A stretch of 46,783 bases of DNA, from positions 1 to 46,783 of the forward strand of contig JBDRCC010000019.1 in assembly GCA_043822065.1 (NCBI GenBank), in the 5' to 3' direction. The notes below the pieces were generated by a model. That model was not told the DNA's origin. It worked only from the letters and a program-made list of their open reading frames with translations, and searched no databases. Each line of letters begins with the position of its first letter. Within the stretch, counting starts at the first letter, position 1. Both the position numbers and the translations under genes were made by a program. Origin of the DNA: an archaeon. Lineage in GTDB: Archaea > Undinarchaeota > CAZHTU01 > JBDRCC01. Positions 35,543-44,764 of this stretch are shown piece after piece.

Positions 35543-38326
35543 ATGGGAAAGCGCCCCACTTTTGACGCAGACCTCCACCTCCACGGAAAGTACTCACGAG
35601 GGGTGTCGCACAGGATGGAAATCCCAGTAATTGCAGAACAGGCGATTTACAAGGGGCTTGACATTGTCGGCACGGCGGACTGCCTCCACGCAGGCTGGCT
35701 CCAGCACCTTGAGGCGAACCTTAAGGAGGTCGCGCCAGGGACGTACAAACATGGGGGCTTTGAGACAAGGTTCATCCTGCAGACTGAGGTTGAGGGGCTG
35801 CACAGAATACACCACCTTGTTTTCCTCCCAGACTTTGAAGCGGTCAGGCAGCTCAGGAAGGAATTCAGCAGGCATGGGAACTTGGACACTGACGGCAGGC
35901 CGAAGCTGAGGCTTACCGGTGAGGAGATAGCCGGAATGGTGCTTGAAGCCGGCGGGATGGTGGGGCCGGGGCATGCATTCACCCCGTACACCGCAGTCTA
36001 TTCAGCATTCAACTCGTTAAGCGATTGCTATGGAAAGCACATAGGCGACATTCATTTTCTTGAGCTCGGGCTTTCAGCAGACAGCGAGATTGCCTCCGGG
36101 ATAAGGGAGCTGGACAGGATAACTTTCCTTTCAAATAGTGACGGTCATTGTTTACATCCGGATACATCAATATTACTAAGTAATGGAATGCCAGTAGAAA
36201 TAAAAAATCTTGACGACCCCGAAGTATGTTCAATGGCATTTGATACTGATTTAAAACTTAAAAAAGCCACTCCGATTAAAATGATAAGACGTCCGGCTCC
36301 GCCATTTTTGTATAGTATAAAATCAAAATCACGGGCCATAAAAACTACGGAAGACCATAGATTTTTTGTTTTAGATGATGATAGAATAGTAGAAAAATTT
36401 GCTCATGAGTTGAAGAAAGGTGATTTAATAGCATGTCTACGTAATTTTCCTTTCGAAAATAAGCCTTTTATTCTACCGAAATTCGCTCTCAAACGATACT
36501 ACAGGATAAAGCCAGCTGGTTTGGTATATCTTTCTAAAAAACGGAAAAAAATCGCACTTACCCAAAAAGATGTCGCAACTCGCCTTAAAATCCATGAACT
36601 GCAGTACCATTTTATAGAGAAGGGACGAATAAAATGTGAAAAAAATATATTGAAAAAACTGTGTAGATGTTACAAGATTAGATTTAGAGATTTCAAAAAG
36701 AGATTCATAAGCAACGGATATCCTACATTCAAAAACACAAGATATGCCACTCAAAAGTTGTCCCAAATAGTTGGTTATGCCTTGGGAGATGGTAGTCGGG
36801 AGATAGGTAAAAAAGTAAGAGGATTTTCGATAGCAGATAAAGATAAAAAATTGTTGGAACTTTATCAGAAAAAAATTTACGACGTTTTCAATGTAAGGGG
36901 GTGCTTGGAGAAACGCAGCAAACAGAAATCCTACCGTTTGAGACTCCCATCATGCCTTTTAGACTATATAACGCTCATGGCGCCCGAAATTTTTGTATAT
37001 TCGCCGGATCGTAAGATTCCAGAATTTGTTTTTGATTTGCCTAGAAACCAAGTAGGTTCCTTTCTCAAGGGTTTTTTTGATGCTGAAGGGAGCGCAGAGC
37101 ACCATGGTATTTCTGTCTGTTCCTCCAGTCTTATACTATTAAAACAGATGCAAGCGCTATTGCTTAGGTTTGGTATAGTCTCCTATGTGTATCCATATAT
37201 TTTAGAGAAAAAGAAGAAGAGGTATAGACATAGGTTATACATTTATGGTAAGGATTCATTAGATATTTTTAAGAAGAGGATAGGCTTTGATTCTGAGAAA
37301 AAAATGCAGAAGTTACTTGAATATACTTCCTCAGTGAAACAAACATCAAAAGACGCATTTGTGGATTATCTCCCGTTAAAGAATACCATCCGGGAGTTGA
37401 TGGATTTGCTCGATATGCGAATCAGTCACTTCCCGAAGAGGTTGCAGTATCACATATACAAAGGCAGAACTTTGAGGCGCCGACATTTAAGGGATTTAAT
37501 AGAAATATTCCAAAAACACTCAAAAGATGAGAATGCAAATTCACTAATAAACAAATTAAAAAAATTTGTAGAGAGTGATATAATCTGGGAGATGGTAAAG
37601 GAGGTAAAGAAAATTGACTCGGATTGTGAGTATGTATATGATTTGACAATACCCACTTATGAGAATTATATTGCAGAAGGTATAATTGTACATAATTCGC
37701 CCTGGCCGGACAAATTGGGGCGCGAGTTCAACAGGCTGGAGATAAAGGAGCCAATTTACGCCGAAGTAATCAAGGCGCTGAAAAATGAGGGCGGCAGGAG
37801 GGTTGCGCTTAACGTAGGCGTGCCGTGCATTTACGGGAAGTACCACCTGACGCGATGCACGAAGTGTTTGGCGTTCTACTACTTGGAAGACGCAATCCGG
37901 TTCGGCTGGCGTTGCCAGAAGTGCAAGGGCATAATCAAGAAGGGGGTAAAGGACAGGATAGCTGAGATGGCCGGCGGAGGGGACAGGTCAAGGCACCCGC
38001 CGTATCTGTCGATAACCCCGCTTTCGGAAATAATCGCACTTTCGAAGGGCGTGTCAGGGACGCACACTGAAAAAGTCCAGGGCATCTGGCGCAAGTTCAT
38101 TGAGCTTGGAACTGAGATTGAGGTTCTTATTGACCTGCCTGTCGAAAGCCTGCGCAAGGTTGACGCGGACGTCGCAGGAATAATAGGCAGGTTCAGGCAG
38201 AAACAGCTGCATTACATCCCTGGCGGCGGAGGGGAATACGGCAAGCTCGTCCTTGAGAAGCCTAAGAAGCTTGATTTCTACGACTCGAAGCAGAAGACAT
38301 TGGGAAGCTGGGCTAAGACCCCTTGA
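35543..38326 (+). CDS. Endonuclease Q family PHP-domain nuclease, intein-containing precursor (411 aa after splicing)
   Basis: DLHLHGKYS, KGLDIVGTADCLH, QTEVE, RIHHL, HAFTP, LELGLSAD, LSNSDGH|SP, LGREFN, GKYHLTRCTKC...CQKC, KKGVKDRI, PGGGGEYG. Confidence 0.87.
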   Translation: MGKRPTFDADLHLHGKYSRGVSHRMEIPVIAEQAIYKGLDIVGTADCLHAGWLQHLEANLKEVAPGTYKHGGFETRFILQTEVEGLHRIHHLVFLPDFEAVRQLRKEFSRHGNLDTDGRPKLRLTGEEIAGMVLEAGGMVGPGHAFTPYTAVYSAFNSLSDCYGKHIGDIHFLELGLSADSEIASGIRELDRITFLSNSDGHCLHPDTSILLSNGMPVEIKNLDDPEVCSMAFDTDLKLKKATPIKMIRRPAPPFLYSIKSKSRAIKTTEDHRFFVLDDDRIVEKFAHELKKGDLIACLRNFPFENKPFILPKFALKRYYRIKPAGLVYLSKKRKKIALTQKDVATRLKIHELQYHFIEKGRIKCEKNILKKLCRCYKIRFRDFKKRFISNGYPTFKNTRYATQKLSQIVGYALGDGSREIGKKVRGFSIADKDKKLLELYQKKIYDVFNVRGCLEKRSKQKSYRLRLPSCLLDYITLMAPEIFVYSPDRKIPEFVFDLPRNQVGSFLKGFFDAEGSAEHHGISVCSSSLILLKQMQALLLRFGIVSYVYPYILEKKKKRYRHRLYIYGKDSLDIFKKRIGFDSEKKMQKLLEYTSSVKQTSKDAFVDYLPLKNTIRELMDLLDMRISHFPKRLQYHIYKGRTLRRRHLRDLIEIFQKHSKDENANSLINKLKKFVESDIIWEMVKEVKKIDSDCEYVYDLTIPTYENYIAEGIIVHNSPWPDKLGREFNRLEIKEPIYAEVIKALKNEGGRRVALNVGVPCIYGKYHLTRCTKCLAFYYLEDAIRFGWRCQKCKGIIKKGVKDRIAEMAGGGDRSRHPPYLSITPLSEIIALSKGVSGTHTEKVQGIWRKFIELGTEIEVLIDLPVESLRKVDADVAGIIGRFRQKQLHYIPGGGGEYGKLVLEKPKKLDFYDSKQKTLGSWAKTP
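36149..37696 (+). mobile_element. Intein (516 aa) with LAGLIDADG homing endonuclease and XRE-type HTH insert
   Basis: Block A CLHPDTSILLSNG; block B IKTTEDHRFF; LAGLIDADG IVGYALGDG and FLKGFFDAEG; block F YVYDLTI; block G IIVHN followed by Ser+1. DNA is visibly AT-rich relative to the flanks. Confidence 0.95.
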
Positions 38327-39284
38327 TTGTCAGGGATGTGGAGGTTTCGGCGACGTAGACATAGTCTGCGGTTATCACAAAGTCAGGGTATATTTCGCTG
38401 CCTGCAGATAGGTCGGCAACCAGCTCGAAGGTGCAGGAGAGCTGCCTCTTCTGGTTTGAGTAGAGCTCGACGCATCCGAGTTCAAGCGTGCCAGTTCCAG
38501 CTGGACCAAAGGGGCACTCTTTACAGGCATTGCCATTGCAGACTGGTTCGACGACTGCAGAGTCATATTTTATCCTGAGGTAATCTATCCTGTTGAGGCC
38601 GCCATCGGCGCCGAGGTCATTCTTGCTGCAGGAGTTGATTTCGTTTACCATCACAAGGGTCCCGTCTGGATTAACAAGCCCGTCCGATTTAACATACCCT
38701 GGAACAGCTTTAGATAGCTCGAGCGTTATCGGTATCTCGCCCTCATAGACGAAGTTCGGGGTTAGCAGGTCAACCTTGACGGGGCCTATTGACGAGTCAA
38801 CAATTTTCGCAGGAATTGTGTTTTCCTGGACGTGCTCCTGGTAGGAGCCCTCGGTCAGGACTGGGACCTCGGCAGTTACGACGGTGCGGTAGCCGTATAT
38901 TACCCTTGCGCCGACGTCTGAGACGACCCTCTGGTTTTTCCCAGCTATAGTTGGCGCCGTAGCTCTGAGTATCGCCTCACCAGTCTGGCCAGGAAGGTTT
39001 GAGACTACGTCAGGCTTGTTTAGCTTTCCTATTTGGCTTGTGAGCGGAGTAATGACAAGATTAGATGGGCGGAATATTTCGACTCTTGTGTTCAGCGCGT
39101 CCGCCTCGCCGACGTTCTGGACCTGGACTCTGAGGTCAACTGCCTTACCTGAAAGGATTTCGCTTATTGCCGGCTCGAAAGACAGTATCTTGACGCCCTC
39201 CGGCGAGTAGGAAGTGACACCGCGGCCGCCTGCGACGCATCCAAGAATCAGAAGGACAAAGACGAAGGGAAAATATTTTTTCAT
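38313..39284 (-). CDS. Surface-protein array paralog 1 (lipobox-like signal, two beta-rich domains)
   Basis: MKKYFPFVFVLLILGC; GVKILSFEP, VQNVG, YGY, GPVKV, LSCTF, DYVY. Confidence 0.85.
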   Translation of the reverse strand: MKKYFPFVFVLLILGCVAGGRGVTSYSPEGVKILSFEPAISEILSGKAVDLRVQVQNVGEADALNTRVEIFRPSNLVITPLTSQIGKLNKPDVVSNLPGQTGEAILRATAPTIAGKNQRVVSDVGARVIYGYRTVVTAEVPVLTEGSYQEHVQENTIPAKIVDSSIGPVKVDLLTPNFVYEGEIPITLELSKAVPGYVKSDGLVNPDGTLVMVNEINSCSKNDLGADGGLNRIDYLRIKYDSAVVEPVCNGNACKECPFGPAGTGTLELGCVELYSNQKRQLSCTFELVADLSAGSEIYPDFVITADYVYVAETSTSLTIKGS

Positions 39285-40243
39285 CTAGACACCACCAAGA
39301 CGCTGGTTGAGCCGCGGACATGATAGGTGTATGCGGCGTCCACCTTGACCAGAGGAAATACTTCATCAGTCGCTAGCGGCTTCATCTTGAGGGTGCACTT
39401 CAGCTGGGCGTAGGTGCCGTCAATAAGGTTAACGTTTGCTTTTGACCTGCGCGTAGCATCCGTGCCCGTAAAGTCGCACAATGTCGGGTCGCTCGCTATC
39501 TCAGCTGCGGTCGGGAATGTTAGCTCGGAGGGTATAACAAGGGTTACGCTGTCGACGCAATGCGTCCGGCTTTTGCCGCATTCGGACCCGATAGAGGGAT
39601 CGGCGCCCATTTGCACAAAACCCTGGTCGACCTTTTCTAGAAGAACGGTCAGTGTTACGGTATTAGTGTCTGCAGAGTATACCACCGGCTCGTAAACCTT
39701 TATGTCCATCATGAGCGGAGCAGGCTGGACTCCTGATTTGGAGGACGGGAGCTGCTGGCTTGACGCGCGGAGCTCGTTTACCCGTGACTGCTTGAGAATT
39801 GGAAACTCCTTCCAGGCTGAGGACGTGTAGTCGTAGCTGATGTCTGTAGAGAACGTGAACGGGTACTGCATCTCACCCTCGACAATGTCCGGCGCCTGGA
39901 GCTTCCAGACGAACTCGTGGGTTTCGCCCTGGGATTTTAGCTCGATGTTCGGCCCCCTGATGCTTACTTTATCACTAATATAGGTCGTGCCGGTCCCGGG
40001 GTAGGGCTTGAAGTTTCCGTGGAGGAAAAGGTCTGCCTGGACGTTTTCTGCCCGGAAGGCGCCGCTGTTCTGGACTATCAGGGAAAGGTCGACCCGGTCG
40101 TTTTCAGTGACCTGAGGGAGGGACGGGGTAAAGCTGACGATTTCGATTGCCGTCGCCTTCTGGATGACTGACCCGCCTCCAGTAAGGCATCCTAAGACAA
40201 GGACTACGAGCAGTGGCAGTGCGTATTTCATGCTGTTGTTCAT
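39281..40243 (-). CDS. Surface-protein array paralog 2
   Basis: MKYALPLLVVLVLGC; IEIVSFTP, VQNSG, WKLQAP, YDY, CDFTG, LKCTL, YTY. Confidence 0.85.
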   Translation of the reverse strand: MNNSMKYALPLLVVLVLGCLTGGGSVIQKATAIEIVSFTPSLPQVTENDRVDLSLIVQNSGAFRAENVQADLFLHGNFKPYPGTGTTYISDKVSIRGPNIELKSQGETHEFVWKLQAPDIVEGEMQYPFTFSTDISYDYTSSAWKEFPILKQSRVNELRASSQQLPSSKSGVQPAPLMMDIKVYEPVVYSADTNTVTLTVLLEKVDQGFVQMGADPSIGSECGKSRTHCVDSVTLVIPSELTFPTAAEIASDPTLCDFTGTDATRRSKANVNLIDGTYAQLKCTLKMKPLATDEVFPLVKVDAAYTYHVRGSTSVLVVSR

Positions 40244-41157
40244 GGCTCTACGTTAATATTAATGTTTTTGTTAATTGCGTAGCGGTAGTTCGCCTTCGCG
40301 ACGATGACTGGGAAGCCTTCGGTGTAGTTGCAGGATTTTATTGTTGGATCATATGTCATGTTTATGTCTAGTATACAGCTTACCCTTGCGTTCTGGCCTT
40401 TCCAAAGGGAAATAGAGCTGACGGTTACGGGAGCCCAAATAGTGCCTTTTTTCAAACCGCTGCAGTTGAATGTATTATTGTGCCAATCGCTTTGGAGCTC
40501 AACCTCGACGAAATCCACTACGTTGAGGCCTGCTGCGCCCTTTACCGAGCCGCCGCCGACATTGTTAAGGATTATCTCGAAAGCAGTTTGTGAACTGCAG
40601 TCCTGGTCGACCTGTATCGGATCCTCAATCTGGAGGTCGAGGGATATCGGGCCCATGGTTTTCTGGGTCGTCCCCTTCTTCGCCTCATAGGTGCTCTCCC
40701 TGAGCTCGTTGAGGCGGTCGATTGTGAAGACCGGGACTTCGCGCATTATCAGTGTGGAGTAGTCGTATGCCAGCTCGACATCAACGCTCTGCGCCTCCGG
40801 AAATTCGACGTCTGGAGCTTTCACTGAGAAGTAAGTCTGGGAGGTTCCGCCAGGCACCCTTGCGCGCTCGTCCGGGGCGAACAGGTCGGTCTCGCCCCCA
40901 GAGACTTTTGTGACGGTAAGGCGGCCTGCCCTCTTGCTTGCGACGCCTATATTCGCGGCATCCGAGCCGCCGACATTCTGGTATTGCAGGAAAAGCCCGA
41001 TTTCCTCGCCGGCGCGCATCGGGTTCTTGTCAAGCTCGAAAGAGACTACCCTAAGCCCCTCAGGAGATAAAGTGAATGTGTCTGCGCCGCCTCCCTGCTG
41101 GTTCAGGCAGCCTAAGGCAAGGACAATAAGGACCAATGCAAATGCGTGTCTGCGCAT
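40240..41157 (-). CDS. Surface-protein array paralog 3
   Basis: MRRHAFALVLIVLALGC; GLRVVSF, YQNVG, YDY, GPISL, LNNVGGGSV, VSCIL, YRY. Confidence 0.85.
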   Translation of the reverse strand: MRRHAFALVLIVLALGCLNQQGGGADTFTLSPEGLRVVSFELDKNPMRAGEEIGLFLQYQNVGGSDAANIGVASKRAGRLTVTKVSGGETDLFAPDERARVPGGTSQTYFSVKAPDVEFPEAQSVDVELAYDYSTLIMREVPVFTIDRLNELRESTYEAKKGTTQKTMGPISLDLQIEDPIQVDQDCSSQTAFEIILNNVGGGSVKGAAGLNVVDFVEVELQSDWHNNTFNCSGLKKGTIWAPVTVSSISLWKGQNARVSCILDINMTYDPTIKSCNYTEGFPVIVAKANYRYAINKNININVEP

Positions 41158-41199
41158 GCTATCCCCTAAGGCGTTGATAATATAAAGATTTTCTTATGG

Positions 41200-42219
41200 C
41201 TAAGACGGCGCCAAACCGCCAGTGCCGACGACTTTTATGTTTGTCTTGCCCTCTATCTGGTAGTTGTAGGATGCAATGGCGTAGGCGCTGTACAGCCGCT
41301 CGAAGGAGGGGTCAACGTCGTCAGGCAGTGTCACGTTGAGGTTGCAGGTGACGTAGCCTGTCTCCGCGCCGACCATCTGAAGCTTGGGTATGTCTACGAC
41401 ATATTCGCTTCCAGATGATGTTGCCAGAACATCATTGCACTCCATGAGCGCGTAGTACTGTGGGTTTGGCTTTGTCATCCGGATAGTGACCTTGTCAATG
41501 CAGCCGAGCTCGTCGTGGCAGCCGGTGCCCTTGTCAATGGCTTTTACCACGCCGGTGCCGACGTCCTTGATGTTGATTGTTATCGGGACTATCCGCTCAG
41601 AGTAGGAGCCGGTCTCATCCTTCGAGACAACTATCTGCGACTGCGGGACGACTATCTCAACTGAGACAGGGCCTGCGCTGGAGGACGCGGAAGTGCCCTG
41701 CGGCTCGGTGCTCTGCTTCCGGTGCTCATAAAGCCGCTGCCTGGTCAGCATGACAAAATCAGCCCTGCCCTCGCTGATGTAGTTGTAGGTGACAATGCCG
41801 CGGATTTCATGCTCGCGCGTGCTGATGTCTGACGGCGCCAAAACCTCCCAGAAAACAAGCGCGGCGTCGCCAGGGAAGTTGTTCGTAACGTCCGGCGGGT
41901 CCATGTCGGATGGGGCGCCGCGCGGCCCTGCCTGGAGGGAGAAGCCGCCGGGGAGTGAAAGGCGCGGGCCTATCTGGCTCGCCTTTGCGTTCCCGACATT
42001 GAGCAGGTCCATTGATATTGTGAATACCTCGCTGGAGTAAATCTCCTCGAAGTCAGGCTGGAAGTAGTTAATCTTGATGCCATGCCCGTATTCAACAACT
42101 GCGTCGGAAGGCCGGACTGGAAGGTTGCCCCTGCTGGTTTCTGTGAGGCACCCTAGTACAAGGAATAGTGCAAGAATGCAAAGTGATGCTGTTTTCGTCA
42201 TAGGCAAGCTAAAGCGCAT
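41200..42219 (-). CDS. Surface-protein array paralog 4
   Basis: LALFLVLGC; GIKINYFQP, LLNVG, WEVLAP, YNY, GPVSV, KDVGTGVV, VTCNL, YNY. Confidence 0.85.
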   Translation of the reverse strand: MRFSLPMTKTASLCILALFLVLGCLTETSRGNLPVRPSDAVVEYGHGIKINYFQPDFEEIYSSEVFTISMDLLNVGNAKASQIGPRLSLPGGFSLQAGPRGAPSDMDPPDVTNNFPGDAALVFWEVLAPSDISTREHEIRGIVTYNYISEGRADFVMLTRQRLYEHRKQSTEPQGTSASSSAGPVSVEIVVPQSQIVVSKDETGSYSERIVPITINIKDVGTGVVKAIDKGTGCHDELGCIDKVTIRMTKPNPQYYALMECNDVLATSSGSEYVVDIPKLQMVGAETGYVTCNLNVTLPDDVDPSFERLYSAYAIASYNYQIEGKTNIKVVGTGGLAPS

Positions 42220-42242
42220 GGTATTTATGTTTTTTGCCCCAG

Positions 42243-42265
42243 GAGGGGATTAAGAAAATCCCCTC
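42243..42265. terminator. Inverted repeat with T-rich tract downstream of paralog 5
   Basis: GAGGGGATT-AAGAA-AATCCCCTC is a 9-bp stem. On the minus strand it follows CCCCCTTTTATTTTTT right after the stop codon. Confidence 0.5.
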
Positions 42266-42296
42266 AGGAGAGGGCCCCGCAAAAAATAAAAGGGGG

Positions 42297-43226
42297 CTAA
42301 ATTGTCTGTGTGCCGATTATTACAATCGTGGCGTACTCGTCTATCTGGTACCTGTACCTTGCGACCGCGGTGAACTCGTAGGTGTTCTCCGTGTCCTTGT
42401 TCAGCGCCCTGAGCCTGCAGGTCAGTGACCTGTGCTTGCCGCTTAGAAGCTGCAGCCTCTGCGGGTCAAGCTGGAGGGTCAGAAGGCCTCCGCCAGCGCC
42501 GAGCGTTCCTGAAAAGTCGCAGTACTCGCCAATCTCGAACCCTGCTGGAACTATTAGGTCCACGGCGTCCATTATGTCGTATCCGCCGTCAACGTACGAA
42601 TACTGCTGCGAGCGGACTGCGCCGTTGCCTATGTTCTCTATGTCGACCGAAATCGTAAAGGTGTCAAACCTGTCCGAAACGATGACCGGGTTCTTTGTCG
42701 ACTGGATGGTTACCAGCAGCGGACCCTCTGACGAGGACATCTCGAGCGGGTAGTTTGTCAGCCCGAGGTCCTTCTTCGCATCCCATTCGGCTTTGGGGAC
42801 TACGGGGACGTCGACTCTTCCAAAGGAGGTATAGTCGTACTGGATTCTTCCAGTAAGGGTTACAACGTCCCTAAGCCCTAGTTCCCGTTTGGGAATTGTG
42901 AAGATGAAGGAGTAGTCCTGGACTTCCCCTTCGCTCACGTCACTGGGCGGGTCAAGGCTTCCGAGTTCGGCAGTCGTTGTCCCGATGAAGTCCTCGAAGT
43001 TGAGGACCTCTGCGTGTATGTTCGAGGCAAGCGAATCGCCGACGTTCTGGAGCTCCAGGAAAACCTCGAACGTCTCCGTTCCTGTTCCCTGGAATTCCGA
43101 GGACTCGGGCTCAAACTGGGTTATCACTAACCCAGTCCTTGTCCCTGTATACTGCGGCCCGGAGGGTGCGGTTTCGATGCACCCGAGCACTAATACCAGC
43201 GCAAGCAGCGGTAGGTATTTCTTCAA
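42297..43226 (-). CDS. Surface-protein array paralog 5
   Basis: Probable TTG start (GAGGTG RBS 6 nt upstream), MKKYLPLLALVLVLGC; GLVITQFEP, LQNVG, YDY, GPLLV, IENIGNGAV, CDFSG, LTCRL, YRY. Confidence 0.85.
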   Translation of the reverse strand: MKKYLPLLALVLVLGCIETAPSGPQYTGTRTGLVITQFEPESSEFQGTGTETFEVFLELQNVGDSLASNIHAEVLNFEDFIGTTTAELGSLDPPSDVSEGEVQDYSFIFTIPKRELGLRDVVTLTGRIQYDYTSFGRVDVPVVPKAEWDAKKDLGLTNYPLEMSSSEGPLLVTIQSTKNPVIVSDRFDTFTISVDIENIGNGAVRSQQYSYVDGGYDIMDAVDLIVPAGFEIGEYCDFSGTLGAGGGLLTLQLDPQRLQLLSGKHRSLTCRLRALNKDTENTYEFTAVARYRYQIDEYATIVIIGTQTI

Positions 43227-43240
43227 GTTGTACACCTCGC

Positions 43241-44680
43241 TCACTGGGCGTCGACTTCTATGCCGTCGACGGTCCTGGAAGCTGACTGCCCTTTGTACGA
43301 CACCTGCATGGTAAGCTTGTCCGGCTTGGCATATATCATGTCCGTTGAAGCCGGTACCTTGCCGAATGCGTCGACCGGGAAGTCGAGGTAGACCCTGAAC
43401 GGCCCAACATCGTCGGCGTTCATTCCGCCGGTAGTGCCAGCCGCCTCTTCAACCTTGTTTACCACAAGCTTGTAGGTCTTGCTGTCGTCGTTCCTTATGG
43501 TCGCTGACCACGGGGAGTTGGCGCAGTTTCCTGCAGTGCACTCGAAGAAGCTCGCGTTGGAGGAGCCGCTGTAAGCAGCGTCAACCGTCAATACGAGGTA
43601 GTTTCCGCTCGGGTCGCGGTTTGCGTCGCCTATTACCCACGGGTTTGCTGTCGAGCTCATCGGCAGGAGAGTGGATGTTGCTGCATCCCAGACCAGCACG
43701 GAGTAGTCGAACCCGTCCTGGATGTAGCCGAGTAGGTTGTCGACATGGTCACCCTGCGTGTCAAGGCTTACGTATGTCGCCTCGGAGAGGATGTCAAGGT
43801 TCGTTGTCTGCTCAAGCTCGTACCTGTAGTTGAGTATGGCGGTTATTGGGTACCTGCTCTCCCTGAGCGGCGCGTTTGACAGCTCAAGCCTGCAGGAGAA
43901 GTATTTCTCTCCGCCAATAAGCCTGAAGTTGTGTGCGCTCAGGATTGCACCGTTGGTCCTCGGGCCTGTGAAGTCACAGTCCGAAGTCCTGTGCAGGTCG
44001 TCCGGCAGGTCGATTGTTACTGAGTCGACGACGTCAATCTGGCCAGCGGCGTTCTTCACTATGCCCGTGCCGTCGTTGGAGACCAAAACCCTCAGGGTTA
44101 CGGTTCCGGAAGCTCCCGGGTCCGTCCTAAGCGGGTTCAGCGGCAGGACTGTGACCGCAATCGGCCCGTTCGAGCACTCCATGTTGGAGTCAAGCCCGAC
44201 GTCGCCGGTCTTCTGCCTCTGCCTCCATTCGTCGGATGGCATGTAGATTACATCTGCCTGGCCTGTCGAGACGAAGTCATAAGAAAGCCTGCCCCTTACG
44301 GTTGCAGTCTTTTTCTGGAGCGTCCCAATGTCTGAAGGCGCGTAAAGTACCCAGTCGGCTATGTCCGGTGCCGGGGCACCCTCGACGTATGCGTCTAGGT
44401 CAGATATGGTCTGCACTAACTCTTCGGTTCCCCTGTCAAGGCCGCCGAGGCTCGTCAGCTCTGCTGCGATTGACGATGCCGGCGAAGAGCCGAAATTTTC
44501 AACCTCCATTGTGAAGGTTATGCCCTCACCAATGTAGGCGCTTGGTATGCCAGCCGAGAAGGCATTTATCAGGACACCGTCCATGACTTCCGGCTCGCAT
44601 CTCTGTATTGTCCCGCCTCCGCTTGTGCCGCCTACGCAGCCCAAGACGAGAAGGGGCAATAGCAATAGTAGACGTTTCAT
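43241..44680 (-). CDS. Surface-protein array paralog 6 with extra C-terminal domain
   Basis: MKRLLLLLPLLVLGC; GVLINAF, VENFG, WVLYAP, YDF, GPIAV, SNDGTGIV, CDFTG, FSCRL, YRY, then about 180 additional aa. Confidence 0.85.
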   Translation of the reverse strand: MKRLLLLLPLLVLGCVGGTSGGGTIQRCEPEVMDGVLINAFSAGIPSAYIGEGITFTMEVENFGSSPASSIAAELTSLGGLDRGTEELVQTISDLDAYVEGAPAPDIADWVLYAPSDIGTLQKKTATVRGRLSYDFVSTGQADVIYMPSDEWRQRQKTGDVGLDSNMECSNGPIAVTVLPLNPLRTDPGASGTVTLRVLVSNDGTGIVKNAAGQIDVVDSVTIDLPDDLHRTSDCDFTGPRTNGAILSAHNFRLIGGEKYFSCRLELSNAPLRESRYPITAILNYRYELEQTTNLDILSEATYVSLDTQGDHVDNLLGYIQDGFDYSVLVWDAATSTLLPMSSTANPWVIGDANRDPSGNYLVLTVDAAYSGSSNASFFECTAGNCANSPWSATIRNDDSKTYKLVVNKVEEAAGTTGGMNADDVGPFRVYLDFPVDAFGKVPASTDMIYAKPDKLTMQVSYKGQSASRTVDGIEVDAQ

Positions 44681-44687
44681 ATGCTAT

Positions 44688-44735
44688 ACCTCCTTTGGTA
44701 TTGGTATCATTATTCTTGCTTTTGGTCTATTTAAA
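44688..44735 (-). promoter_or_regulatory. Internal promoter and strong RBS for paralog 6
   Basis: Minus strand TTTAAATA (44728-44735) and AGGAGGT (44688-44694), 7 nt before the ATG. Confidence 0.5.
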
Positions 44736-44764
44736 CGTTGTTGTTACTGTTTGGGGACAATTTT

